NCBI GenBank assembly: GCA_963796055.1
Contig: CAWCKH010000004.1
Span: forward strand, 352,001 to 416,000
DNA: 64,000 nucleotides
Reading direction: 5' to 3'
Origin: an uncultured delta proteobacterium
Lineage (GTDB): Bacteria; Myxococcota; Myxococcia; Myxococcales; Myxococcaceae
A program made the position numbers and the translations under genes. Below the pieces are notes generated by a model that made no database searches, was not told where the DNA came from, and saw only the letters and a program-made list of their open reading frames with translations. Positions within the stretch are counted from its first letter, which is position 1. Every line of letters begins with the position of its first letter. Below, piece after piece: positions 8,740 to 21,108 of this stretch.

Positions 8740-10314
8740 TCACGCCAGCAGGCTGTCCCGGGCTCGCTGCTCGAAGGCGGAGAGCTCGGACTGCACCCAC
8801 GCCTCGTCCCGCCCGAGCTCGCGGGCGATCACCCGGGCCACCGCTGGCGCGCACTCCAGCGCGGCGCGGGCATCGAGCACCAGCGCCCGGGTGCGGCGGG
8901 AGAGCACGTCCTCCAGCGAGCGGGCCATCTCCTGCCGCACCGCCCAGGCCACCTCGCACAGGAGGTACGGTAGCCGCGGGTGCATCGGGACGGCGAGCTC
9001 CGGGTCCGACTCGGCCAGCGCGCGCACCATGTCCGCGTCGGTGCCGTAGGCGGCGAGCATCTCGCTCGGCGTTCCGGCAGTGGAGTGCGTGACCTGCTCG
9101 TCCTCGGGCGCGCCGTGCAGCCTGAGCTCGGCGGTGGACGAGGGGCGTGGCGGGAGGCCGGCCACCCGGGCCGCATGGTCCACCACGTCCTCGCCCATCC
9201 GGCGGTAGGTGGTCCACTTCCCGCCGACGATGGTGACCAGCCCGCTCGGGCTCTCGAACACGCTGTGATCACGGCTGAGCGTCGCCGTCCGCTCCGCCCC
9301 CTCGGTCCGGACCAGCGGCCGGAGCCCGGCGTAGACGCTCAGCACGTCCTCGGGGCGTGGGTCCCGTGTCAGGTAGCGCGCGGCGTGCTCGAGGAGAAAC
9401 GCCACCTCTTGCTCCAGCGGCCGCGGCTCGACGCTCACCTCGGGGACCGGGGTGTCGGTCGTCCCGACCAGCGCCCGCTTGTGCCAGGGAACGACGAAGA
9501 GCACCCGGCCGTCGTCGGTCCTGGGAATCATCAGGGCGTGGGCGCCCGGAAGGAACGTGTCGGGCAACACGAGATGCACTCCCTGGGAGGGTGCCACCAG
9601 CGGCGCCGCCCCGGGCTCGTCCATCCGCCGGATCGCGTCGGCGAAGATGCCGGTGGCGTTGATGACCACCCGCGCTTGCACCTCGTGCTCCCGGCCCGAC
9701 TCCTCGTCGCGCACGTGGACCCCGCGCACCCGGTCCCCGCTCTTCAGCAGGCCGGTCACGCTGGCGTGGTTCACCAGCACCGCACCGAGGTCGTCCGCGG
9801 TGAGGGCCAGGGTCACCGCCAGCCGCGCGTCGTCGAACTGACCGTCGAAGTACCGGACACCGCCCTTCAGCTGGTCGGGCTCGAGGGTGGGGATGCGCTC
9901 CAGCACCTGCGCCCGGGAGAGCAGCTGGCTCGTGCCCAGCCGGTGCCGCCCGGCGAGCACGTCGTACAGCTTGAGACCCACCCCGTAGTACGGGCCGGAC
10001 CACCAGGCGTACGCCGGGACGACGAATTCGAGATCTCCCACCAGGTGCGGCGCGTTCCGCCGGAGCCGCCCCCGCTCGAGCAGCGCCTCGCGGACCAGCC
10101 CCACGTTCCCCTGCGCCAGGTAGCGGACCCCGCCATGGACCAGCTTGGTCGAGCGGCTGGAGGTCCCCTGCGCGAAGTCCCGGGCCTCGAGCAGCACCGT
10201 CCGATAGCCGCGGGCGGCCGCCTCCACCGCCGCACCGAGGCCGGTGGCGCCGCCGCCGACGATGGCGAGGTCGAAGGGCTCCGAGAGGCAGTCGAGGTTG
10301 CGTGCGCGGTCCAT
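8740..10314 (-). CDS. glpD: FAD-dependent glycerol-3-phosphate dehydrogenase
   Basis: IVGGGATG, GTSSRSTKLVHGGVRYL, DGQFDDARL, GGKWTTYR; start moved to ATG 10314. Confidence 0.92.
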   Translation of the reverse strand: MDRARNLDCLSEPFDLAIVGGGATGLGAAVEAAARGYRTVLLEARDFAQGTSSRSTKLVHGGVRYLAQGNVGLVREALLERGRLRRNAPHLVGDLEFVVPAYAWWSGPYYGVGLKLYDVLAGRHRLGTSQLLSRAQVLERIPTLEPDQLKGGVRYFDGQFDDARLAVTLALTADDLGAVLVNHASVTGLLKSGDRVRGVHVRDEESGREHEVQARVVINATGIFADAIRRMDEPGAAPLVAPSQGVHLVLPDTFLPGAHALMIPRTDDGRVLFVVPWHKRALVGTTDTPVPEVSVEPRPLEQEVAFLLEHAARYLTRDPRPEDVLSVYAGLRPLVRTEGAERTATLSRDHSVFESPSGLVTIVGGKWTTYRRMGEDVVDHAARVAGLPPRPSSTAELRLHGAPEDEQVTHSTAGTPSEMLAAYGTDADMVRALAESDPELAVPMHPRLPYLLCEVAWAVRQEMARSLEDVLSRRTRALVLDARAALECAPAVARVIARELGRDEAWVQSELSAFEQRARDSLLA

Positions 10315-10403
10315 CGCCTGGGTGGCAGGAACGCTAGCAGCGACGCGGCAAAAGCCGATGCCCTCTTCCCTCCGGGCATCCTGCCGGTGCATGGTCGCTC
10401 GCC

Positions 10404-10682
10404 GTGGCCACCACACCGTTCTACCCGTTCGTTCCCCGTCGGCAGCGCCCCCAGGTCACCAAGGAGCCGGACGCCGGCGGGCGCTGGACGCACCTGTTCC
10501 CGGACATGATCGGCGACGGGCAGCAGGGCGGGGGCTCGGTACCGGCCGACTTCGTCTGGCGAACCGACCCCAAGCAGTGGCAGGAGGAGCTGACCGACGC
10601 CGAGCTCCGCAAGGAGGCGGAGGCGCACCACGCCCTCCCCGAGGCCATCCTTCCGGTCGCGCTGCCTCCCGGCGAAGGCTGA
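10404..10682 (+). CDS. Small hypothetical protein (92 aa)
   Basis: Fills an intergenic gap; G/C-ending codons and natural amino-acid composition. Confidence 0.55.
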   Translation: MATTPFYPFVPRRQRPQVTKEPDAGGRWTHLFPDMIGDGQQGGGSVPADFVWRTDPKQWQEELTDAELRKEAEAHHALPEAILPVALPPGEG

Positions 10683-10784
10683 GACTCGAAAGGCGAGCTC
10701 CGCCCCGACCCGCCAAACCGGCAGCTCTTTCCGTTGCCCGCTGCTCGAGGCGTGGCGCGACCGGCCGCTGCGCCGCGACCCGGG

Positions 10785-11564
10785 TCACTTCACGAGCATG
10801 TAGAGGCCGATGCCCAGTCCGATGACGATGATCACCCAGCGCACCATCGCCTCGCCGATGCGCTGCGCGAACCAGGCCCCGGAGTAGCCGCCCAGCACCG
10901 CTCCCACCGCCATCAGGAATGCCAGCGGCCAGTGCACGTGCCGGCCCACCGCGAAGTACACCGCGGCGACGCCGTTGATGCACACCGCCGCGAAGTTCTT
11001 CAGCCCGTTCATCTGGTGGATGTTGGTCAACCCCACCAGCCCGAGCTCCGCCAGCATCAGGATGCCCATCCCCGCCCCGAAGAAGCCGCCGTACACCGCC
11101 ACCACGAACTGCGCGGCGCCGAGCCACCAGACGTTCACCTCGTCGAGACCGCGGGGTTCGGTCGCGGTGCTGCGGTGCTCGCGCCAGCGTCGGAGGGGCT
11201 CCTGGACGATGAACAGCGCGGTCGCGCCGAGGATCAGCCAGGGCACCAGGGCCCGGAACAGCGCGTCCCCGGCCACCACCACCAGCCAGGCTCCGACCAG
11301 CCCGCCGGCGATGCTGGTGATCACCAGCGCGATCAGCACCCGCTTGCTGTGGGACCCGAGCTCTCCCCGGAACGCCCAGCCGGCGCTCAGCGACCCCGGG
11401 ACCAGGGCCACGCTGTTGGTCGCGTTCGCCGCGACCGGGCTCACCCCGGCGGCGAGCAGCGCGGGAAAGGTGAGCAGAGTTCCCCCTCCGGCCAGCGCGT
11501 TCATCGCTCCTGCCGGGATGGCGGTCAGGAAGAGAAAGAGGAGATAGCCGGGGTGGGAGGGCAC
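10785..11564 (-). CDS. Sulfite exporter TauE/SafE family membrane protein
   Basis: NALAGGGTLLTFPALL, YGGFFGAGMG, multiple TM helices. Confidence 0.88.
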   Translation of the reverse strand: MPSHPGYLLFLFLTAIPAGAMNALAGGGTLLTFPALLAAGVSPVAANATNSVALVPGSLSAGWAFRGELGSHSKRVLIALVITSIAGGLVGAWLVVVAGDALFRALVPWLILGATALFIVQEPLRRWREHRSTATEPRGLDEVNVWWLGAAQFVVAVYGGFFGAGMGILMLAELGLVGLTNIHQMNGLKNFAAVCINGVAAVYFAVGRHVHWPLAFLMAVGAVLGGYSGAWFAQRIGEAMVRWVIIVIGLGIGLYMLVK

Positions 11565-11571
11565 GCCTGGC

Positions 11572-12960
11572 TCAGAGCGGATCGCGCTGGGCCATGGCGT
11601 TGTAGGTCGCGTACTTGTAGAGGTCGGAGAGCGTCGGGTAGTTGTAGCAGGTGTCGATGAAGAGCTGCGCCCCGGCCCCGCACAGCAACGCGGTCAAGCC
11701 GATGTGGACCAGCTCCGAGGCCTGCTCCCCGATGACGTGGACCCCGAGCAGCTTCATGTCCTCGTGCCGGAAGATGAGCTTCAGGAAGCCGCCACCATCG
11801 CCGATGATCTGCCCTCGGGCATTGGTGGCGTAGGCGGCGCGGCCCACCACGTACTCGACCCCGGCCTGCTTGCAGGACTCCTCGGTCTCGCCGGCCATCG
11901 ACAGCTCGGGGATGGTGTAGAGCCCGTAGGGCAGGATCCGGGCAATCCGGTCCTTCTGGTAGAGGTTGAAGGCGTGGGTGACCGCCACCCGTGCCTGCTC
12001 CATCGAGGTGGAGGCCAGCGCGGGGAAGCCGACGCAGTCGCCCGCCGCGTAGATGTGGGGGACCGTGGTCTGGTAGTGCTCGTTCACGATCACCCTCCCG
12101 CGCTCGCCGAGCTTGACCCCTACCTCCTCGAGCCCGATCCCCGCGGTGTTCGCGCTCCGGCCGGACGCGACCAGCAGCGCCGCGGCGGCGATGGTGTCCC
12201 CGCCCTTGAGCCCCAGGGTGATCCGCCCCTCCTCGACGTCCACCGACTCGACGGTGGCCGGCATCCGGAACTGCACGCCCAGCCCCTCCATCCGCGCCTT
12301 CAGACGGGTGGACATCTCGAGGTCGAGGAAGGAGAGCAGCGGCGTCCGGGCCTCGACCAGGGTGACGGGGATGCCGAGCGCGGCGAAGGTGCAGGCGTAC
12401 TCGCAGCCGATGACCCCGCCGCCCACCACCACCAGCGAGTGCGGAACCTCGGACATGAGGAGGATGCTGTCCGAGTCGTAGACTCCCGGCGCGGAGAAGT
12501 TGAACAGCGGGGGGTGGAACGGCGTGCTCCCGGTGGCGATGAGGATCACCTTCGCCGTGAGCCGCTCCTCGGCGCCCGGCCGGCGCACCAGCACCGTGTG
12601 GGGATCCACGATGCGGCCCTTGCCCTGGTACACGTCGGCCCCGTGCGACCGGAGGTTGTGGGCCACCCGCACCTGCTCCTCCTGGGCCACTGTCCGCTCG
12701 CGGAAGAGCAGCTCGCGAACTCCGGTCCGGGCCTCCAGCCGCATCTCGACTCCGTAGAGCCCACGCTGACGGAAATTGGACAGGAACAAGGAGGTTTCCC
12801 GGAGCGTCTTGGAGGGGAGCGTTCCGGTGTTCGCTCCTGCCCCGCCGAGGTTGGATTGCCGCTCGACCACGGCAACCTTCTTGCGGAAGTAGCCGGCCTG
12901 GGCCGCCCCCTTCTCGCCGGCGGGCCCCGAGCCGATCACCACCAGGTCGTACTCAGGCAT
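11572..12960 (-). CDS. sthA: Soluble pyridine nucleotide transhydrogenase
   Basis: VIGSGPAGEKGA, TGTLPSKTLRE, YDSDSIL, GGGVIGCEYA, ALASTSMEQAR, NYPTL. Confidence 0.88.
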   Translation of the reverse strand: MPEYDLVVIGSGPAGEKGAAQAGYFRKKVAVVERQSNLGGAGANTGTLPSKTLRETSLFLSNFRQRGLYGVEMRLEARTGVRELLFRERTVAQEEQVRVAHNLRSHGADVYQGKGRIVDPHTVLVRRPGAEERLTAKVILIATGSTPFHPPLFNFSAPGVYDSDSILLMSEVPHSLVVVGGGVIGCEYACTFAALGIPVTLVEARTPLLSFLDLEMSTRLKARMEGLGVQFRMPATVESVDVEEGRITLGLKGGDTIAAAALLVASGRSANTAGIGLEEVGVKLGERGRVIVNEHYQTTVPHIYAAGDCVGFPALASTSMEQARVAVTHAFNLYQKDRIARILPYGLYTIPELSMAGETEESCKQAGVEYVVGRAAYATNARGQIIGDGGGFLKLIFRHEDMKLLGVHVIGEQASELVHIGLTALLCGAGAQLFIDTCYNYPTLSDLYKYATYNAMAQRDPL

Positions 12961-13063
12961 CAGCAGAGGTTACAGCACGGGCGAGGGGACGATGCACCGT
13001 GACGTTCGGGTGGCGGACCGTCCGCCACACGCCTAGAGGTAGTCACCACCGGAGAAAACGCAC

Positions 13064-13555
13064 ATGCCCAAGCTCTACGCCACCAAGAACGACCTCCCCG
13101 AGGCCACGCGGACCAAGATCATCGCCCTGTGCAACGCCCGGCTCGCGGACGCCATCGATCTGCAGACCCAGGTCAAGCAGGCCCACTGGAACGTGAAGGG
13201 TCCGGACTTCATCGCCCTGCACAAGCTGTTCGACGAGATCAACGAGGATGTCGAGGAGTACGTCGACCTCACCGCCGAGCGGGTGGTCCAGCTGGGTGGG
13301 GTCGCCGAGGGCACCGCTCGCCTGGCGGTGAAAGCGAGCAAGCTGGCGGAGTACCCGGTGGAGATCGCCGACGGCCACGCCCACGTGGACGCGCTGTCCA
13401 GCGTGCTGGCCGCGTACGGGAAGCTCGCCCGCGCGGCGATCGACGAGTCGGACAAGCTGGGAGACAAGGACTCGGCGGACATCTTCACCGAGATCTCCCG
13501 CGGGGTGGACAAGTGGCTGTGGTTCCTGGAGGCCCACCTCCAGTCGAACCGCTGA
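13064..13555 (+). CDS. dps: DNA protection during starvation protein
   Basis: KQAHWNVKGPDFIALHKLFDE, DLTAERVVQLGG, DKWLWFLEAHL. Confidence 0.95.
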   Translation: MPKLYATKNDLPEATRTKIIALCNARLADAIDLQTQVKQAHWNVKGPDFIALHKLFDEINEDVEEYVDLTAERVVQLGGVAEGTARLAVKASKLAEYPVEIADGHAHVDALSSVLAAYGKLARAAIDESDKLGDKDSADIFTEISRGVDKWLWFLEAHLQSNR

Positions 13556-13579
13556 CCCGGTGGTGGTAAGGGGGCGGCC

Positions 13580-14884
13580 ATGGCGCTGCCCCCGCTGACC
13601 GAGGCCCTGCAGCCCCTGCTGGAGTCGCTCGACGAGGCGCTGCACCAGCGCGATCGCGAGCGACAGGCCGGCCCCGCCGGGCGGAGGCCGGTGCAGGTGC
13701 TCTACGGCGGCGCTCACCTGTTCAAGCCGCGCGCGGCCGCCCGGTTGGGAACCCTGGCCCGCGCCGCGCTGGACGCCTACGCACCGGACGGGCCGACGTA
13801 CGCCCACGCGCTCGGGCTGTCGCTGAGCCCGACCCAGGCCACGGAGCTCCGCAAGCGGGTCATGGCCAAGCTCGAGCGCGAGCCGGTGGAGGACCTCCGG
13901 ATCGACTTCGAGGACGGCTACGGCATCCGTCCCGACGAGGAGGAGGACACGCACGCCGAGGCGGCGGGCGTGGCCCTCGAGCAGGGAGGCCGGGATGGAA
14001 GCCTGCCGCCGTTCATCGGCCTCCGGCTCAAGCCCTTCTCCGGGCGCACCGCGCGCCGGGCGCTCCGGACCCTGGAGCGGGTGGGAGCCCAGCTCGGTGG
14101 GGACCCCATCCCCGGCTTCGCGCTCACCGCCCCCAAGGTGGTGCTGCCCATCCAGGTGGAGCTGCTCCGCCGCTCGGCCGAGGCGCTGGAGCACCGGCTC
14201 GGCTGGCCCGCGGGAGCCATCGCGCTGGAGCTGATGGTGGAGACGCCGTCGGCGCTGGTCTCGCTCGATGGACGGCTGGGCATCCTCGCCCTGGTGGAGG
14301 CAGCCGGCGGACGCTGCCGCTCGGTGCACGTCGGTCCGTACGATCTCACGTCGGCGCTGGGCATCAGCGCGGCGCACCAGTGGCTCGGGCATCCCTCGGT
14401 AGAGCTGGTGCGGCGGTTGCTCCAGCTCGCGCTCTCCGGGACCGGGGTCACCGTCGTGGACGGCCCGACCACGCTCCTCCCGGTCGGCCCCCACCGCGAG
14501 CCGCGGAACGACGCCGAGCGCGCGGCGAACCGGGAGGCGGTGTTCCGCGCCTGGGCCCGGGCGGCGGACGACGTGCGGCGGGCGTACCGCGATGGCATCG
14601 TCCAGGGCTGGGACCTCCACCCCGCCCAGCTGCCGGCGCGCTACGGCGCGCTCTTCGCCACCCTGCGCGAGGAGATTCCCGCAGCGGCGGCGCGGCTGCG
14701 TCAGTTCCTCGATCAGTCGGCGCAGGCCACCCGCCTCGGCGCCGAGTTCGACGACGCGGCGACCGCCCGCGGCCTGCTCAATGGGCTGCGCCGCGCGGTG
14801 GAGTGCAGCGCGGCGACGACCGCGGAGATCGAGACCGCTCTCGGGCACTCGCTGGAGCACGCGCGCGAGCGCCTCGGCGCCTGA
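13580..14884 (+). CDS. HpcH/HpaI aldolase / citrate-lyase-like (DUF6986-type) protein
   Basis: VQVLYGGAHLF, PVEDLRIDFEDGYG, ELMVET, QGWDLHPAQLPARY. Confidence 0.75.
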   Translation: MALPPLTEALQPLLESLDEALHQRDRERQAGPAGRRPVQVLYGGAHLFKPRAAARLGTLARAALDAYAPDGPTYAHALGLSLSPTQATELRKRVMAKLEREPVEDLRIDFEDGYGIRPDEEEDTHAEAAGVALEQGGRDGSLPPFIGLRLKPFSGRTARRALRTLERVGAQLGGDPIPGFALTAPKVVLPIQVELLRRSAEALEHRLGWPAGAIALELMVETPSALVSLDGRLGILALVEAAGGRCRSVHVGPYDLTSALGISAAHQWLGHPSVELVRRLLQLALSGTGVTVVDGPTTLLPVGPHREPRNDAERAANREAVFRAWARAADDVRRAYRDGIVQGWDLHPAQLPARYGALFATLREEIPAAAARLRQFLDQSAQATRLGAEFDDAATARGLLNGLRRAVECSAATTAEIETALGHSLEHARERLGA

Positions 14885-14923
14885 CCACGCCCTCTCTCCT
14901 CGACCCCTCGCCCAGCTGAGCGC

Positions 14924-17608
<2,685 letters not shown>

Positions 17609-17711
17609 GGTGGTTCAACCAAACCAGCACACGTCGGAGGCCGCAACGGGAGAACAGCGACAGGAAGCGGCATGCTCCGCGCCCCGCAGCTAATGAGATT
17701 CTCGCAGGACC

Positions 17712-18641
17712 ATGAGCCCCACCGGAACCACAACCTCGACCAGTCGTCTCGCGGTGGGGCTCGCCCTCTTCGCTCTCTACGTCATCTGGGGCTCGACCTA
17801 CCTCGCGATGCGGGTGGCGATGGAGGGCTTCGGCCCGTTCACCATGGCGGCGACCCGCTTCCTGGTCGCCGGGGCGGTGATGCTGGTCATCGCCCGTGCC
17901 CGCGGTGAGGCGCTCCCCACCCGGAGACAGTGGCGCAATGCGCTGGCCATCGGCACCCTGCTGCTCGCCTGCGGCAACGGCGGCGTGGCCCTCGCCGAGC
18001 AGACCGTCAGCTCCGGGCTGGCGGCGCTGATGGTCGCGGCGATGCCGCTGTGGATGGCGCTCTTCGGCGGCCTCTGGGGTCGCTGGCCGGCGAGCAAGGA
18101 CTGGATCGCCCTGGGGATCGGCTTCGGCGGCATCCTCATCCTCAACCTCGGCAGCGAGCTCCGCGGAAGCCCCGCCGGCGTGGCGGCGCTGATCTTCGCA
18201 ACCGCGGCCTGGGCCTTCGGGTCGCTGTGGAGCCGCCGGCTCGACCTGCCGAAGGGGATGATGGCCGCGGGCGCCGAGATGTTCACCGCCGGGTTCGTGC
18301 TCGTCGCGTTGAGCCTGCTCCACGGCGAGCATCTGCCTACCGCCGTCCCCGGGCGAGCCGTGGCCGCGATCGCCTACCTGGTGGTGTTCGGCTCGCTGGT
18401 CGCCTACACCGCATACCTCTTCCTGCTCGCGCGGGTGCCCGCTCCGGTGGCCTCCAGCTACGCCTACGTCAATCCGCTGGTCGCGCTGGCGCTGGGCGCG
18501 GCGTTCTACGGAGAGCACCTGCCGCAGGCCCTGCTGGTCGCGGTGCCGCTCATCCTCACCGCGGTGGCGCTGGTGCTCCGGCCGTCCCCGGTCCGCGTCG
18601 CGCTGCCGGTGCTCAGAACTCCACGCCCCAACCGAGGGTGA
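17712..18641 (+). CDS. yedA: EamA/DMT family exporter (YedA-like)
   Basis: LYVIWGSTYLAMR, SYAYVNPLVA, about 10 TM helices. Confidence 0.85.
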   Translation: MSPTGTTTSTSRLAVGLALFALYVIWGSTYLAMRVAMEGFGPFTMAATRFLVAGAVMLVIARARGEALPTRRQWRNALAIGTLLLACGNGGVALAEQTVSSGLAALMVAAMPLWMALFGGLWGRWPASKDWIALGIGFGGILILNLGSELRGSPAGVAALIFATAAWAFGSLWSRRLDLPKGMMAAGAEMFTAGFVLVALSLLHGEHLPTAVPGRAVAAIAYLVVFGSLVAYTAYLFLLARVPAPVASSYAYVNPLVALALGAAFYGEHLPQALLVAVPLILTAVALVLRPSPVRVALPVLRTPRPNRG

Positions 18642-19113
18642 GGCGGGCGGGAGTTCCGGCGTCCGGCCGCTGCACCGGCGAGGGCTCGCCGGTGGTCCCG
18701 ACGAAGCTGAAGACCCGCTGGTCGCGCGGCTGGAGCCAGCGGAGCACGCAGGCCACCGCGGCGACGAACGCCCCGTCCTGCTGCCCGGGACTGGCGAGCT
18801 CGCTGCCCCGGGCGCTCGCCCTCGGTCCCTCGGTGAGCGATAGCCGGGCCTCGATCCAGCGGGGGAAGCCGGACTCGGTGGTGTGGACCTCGAGCCGGTA
18901 GACCAGCCGCGTCTTCCCGGGGGCGGGCGCCTCGAGCGAGGTCCCCTGGGTCAGGGAGAGGCCCATTCCCATCGCCCCGCCCTGGCGCACCCGACCGAGC
19001 CCGACCGAGACGGCGGTCTCGGTGGGTTTCGCAGCCGGCGCCACCGGCTTCGATTCCAGCGGGGGAGTGAGGACCGGCGCAGCGGCCAGGAGGAGCGCAG
19101 TGACCAGACCCAT
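18613..19113 (-). CDS. Exported hypothetical protein with an outer-membrane beta-signal-like C-terminus
   Basis: Signal-like N-terminus; ends LTLGWGVEF; ATG directly follows the upstream TAG. Confidence 0.6.
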   Translation of the reverse strand: MGLVTALLLAAAPVLTPPLESKPVAPAAKPTETAVSVGLGRVRQGGAMGMGLSLTQGTSLEAPAPGKTRLVYRLEVHTTESGFPRWIEARLSLTEGPRASARGSELASPGQQDGAFVAAVACVLRWLQPRDQRVFSFVGTTGEPSPVQRPDAGTPARLTLGWGVEF

Positions 19114-19503
19114 CTACCGACGCCTCCGCCCGCGCCCGGCCAGCGCGGAGACGAGCAGACCGCCGATGGAGCCCCCACAACCCGCCTCGTCGATGGCAAT
19201 GCCACGCACGAGGTAGCGAACCCCGTTGTCTAGCCCGGTGATGGTGAAACGCGTACCCACCTCTCCACCCACGTTCCGCCAGGATGCCACGCCGCCGTCC
19301 AGCGGATCCACCGCCAGGTCGACGAAGAAGTGTGTCACGTCGTCGGCGTCGTCCTCCGGCGCCGGCGCGAGATCCACGCGGATCTTGCTGTCGAGTGGCG
19401 CCAGGGTGACAGACGGGGGCCCGGGGGGCACGCCGTGCCCAGGCTGGCGGTGGGCCCGTGCCGTTGCAGCCAGCAGCAAAACCCCCACCAACCAGCGACG
19501 CAT
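19114..19503 (-). CDS. Small secreted fibronectin type III-like protein with MYXO-CTERM-like tail (possibly internally deleted)
   Basis: Signal peptide; FTITGLDNGVRYLVRGIAID is FN3-like; tail GCGGSIGGLLVSALAGRGRRRR. Confidence 0.6.
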   Translation of the reverse strand: MRRWLVGVLLLAATARAHRQPGHGVPPGPPSVTLAPLDSKIRVDLAPAPEDDADDVTHFFVDLAVDPLDGGVASWRNVGGEVGTRFTITGLDNGVRYLVRGIAIDEAGCGGSIGGLLVSALAGRGRRRR

Positions 19504-19530
19504 GCGGCCCCCTGGGTGAGGGCTGCAGTG

Positions 19531-21108
19531 CTAGCCCGCCCGCGCGTCGCCCCCATGGGCCCCGCGTGTGGTTTCGTGAAGCGGACCGGACCGGGGGAGC
19601 ACCAGCGTCGCCCGGGTGCCGGCGCCGGGCTCGGAGGTGAGATCCAGCCGACCACCGTGCGCCTCGGCGATGCTCCGGGCGAGCGACAGCCCGAGCCCGA
19701 AGCCGCCGGTGCTGCGGCTCCGGCTCGGATCCGCCCGGAAGAAGTGGGTGAAGACGTGGGGGAGGTCCTCCGGGGCGATGCCCGCCCCGTGGTCCTCCAC
19801 GCTGAAGGTGACCTCGTCCGCCGCCCCGTCCACGGCGAGCCGCACCCACCCGGCGGAAGGAGCCGAATACTTGGCGGCGTTGTCCAGGAGGTTGTTGAGG
19901 ACGCGGCCCACGAGTCCCGGGTCGGCGCGGAGCCGCCCGGCGGTGTCGCTCGCCGCCGCGTCGAGCCGGTGCTCGGGATGAATGGAGAGGAAGCGCTCCG
20001 CCGCGGTCGCGACCAGCGCCGAGGCGTGGACCCACGCCGGCCGCAAGGCCGGGGCACCGGGCACGGATTGCCCGAGCTCGAGCCGCGCGGCGGTGAGCAG
20101 CTCGTCCACCAGCCGCTCCAGCTCGCCGAGGTCGTCGGTGATGTCGGCCAGCGAGGCGCGGGCGGTGGCCACGTCTCCTTCCTCCGCCAGCTCCAGCGCC
20201 ACCTTGATGCGAGCCAGCGGTGTCCGCAGCTCGTGTGACACGGCGGCCAGGAGCGCCTTCTCCGAGCGCAGGAGGGCCACCACCCGGCCCGCCATGCCAT
20301 CGAACGCACGGCCCACCTCGCCCAGCTCGTCGTTTCGCGCGAGCGCGGCGCGCGCGTCCAGGTCGCCGGCCCCCAGCCGGGTCGCCGCGGAGGAGAGCGT
20401 TCCCAGCGGGCGGGAGATCGACCGGGCGAGCAGCGCCGAGCTGATGCCGAGGGTGGCGAGCACCAGCCCTGCCACCACCGCCAGCTGCCCGGGTGGGGGC
20501 ATCGGTGGACGAAAATCGAGCACGGCCCAGCCCTCCAGCGGCGGAGGCGGCAGTCGCATCGGCAGGCCTTCTGGCGGCGGGCCCAGCATCACTCCGAATG
20601 CCGGGGGACGCGGACCCCGCTCGGGCCCCTCGGGGAGACGCATCGGCACGTCCATCGGCCCGGGGACGCCGCCACGCCTGGGCGGTGGCCCCGAGATGTG
20701 GAGCATCGGGCCCGGCGGAGGGCGCACCAGCGGAAGGACGATCAGCGGAGGGTGGGCGAGGATGGTGGAGGGTGCCGGGCCCGGGGGCAACGGCAGCGCC
20801 GGCTCGACGTTGGTGGCCAGCACCTTCCGGTCGGCCCCGTAGAGCGTCATCCGGGCGCCGGCGGTGTCCCGAAGCTGCCTGAGCGCCCGGGTCAGGTCGG
20901 CCGGATCGTGCAGCAGGGGGAGGATCTGCTCCACCACGTACTGGGCCTGCCCCCGGAGCCACGACTCGGGGATGCGCGACTGCTGCAGGAGGACCGCCAC
21001 GCCCACCACCACCACCACCAGCTGGGCGAGACAGACCAGGTAGATCCGCACCACCAGCCGCCCGAGCAGCGGCGAGCGCCGGGCCGGGACCGGCGACTCG
21101 AGGTTCAC
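19531..21108 (-). CDS. HAMP-domain sensor histidine kinase
   Basis: GTG at 21108 overlaps the regulator stop; two TMs, HAMP, VSHELRTPL, NLLDNAAKY, GFGLGL. Confidence 0.9.
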   Translation of the reverse strand: MNLESPVPARRSPLLGRLVVRIYLVCLAQLVVVVVGVAVLLQQSRIPESWLRGQAQYVVEQILPLLHDPADLTRALRQLRDTAGARMTLYGADRKVLATNVEPALPLPPGPAPSTILAHPPLIVLPLVRPPPGPMLHISGPPPRRGGVPGPMDVPMRLPEGPERGPRPPAFGVMLGPPPEGLPMRLPPPPLEGWAVLDFRPPMPPPGQLAVVAGLVLATLGISSALLARSISRPLGTLSSAATRLGAGDLDARAALARNDELGEVGRAFDGMAGRVVALLRSEKALLAAVSHELRTPLARIKVALELAEEGDVATARASLADITDDLGELERLVDELLTAARLELGQSVPGAPALRPAWVHASALVATAAERFLSIHPEHRLDAAASDTAGRLRADPGLVGRVLNNLLDNAAKYSAPSAGWVRLAVDGAADEVTFSVEDHGAGIAPEDLPHVFTHFFRADPSRSRSTGGFGLGLSLARSIAEAHGGRLDLTSEPGAGTRATLVLPRSGPLHETTRGAHGGDARAG

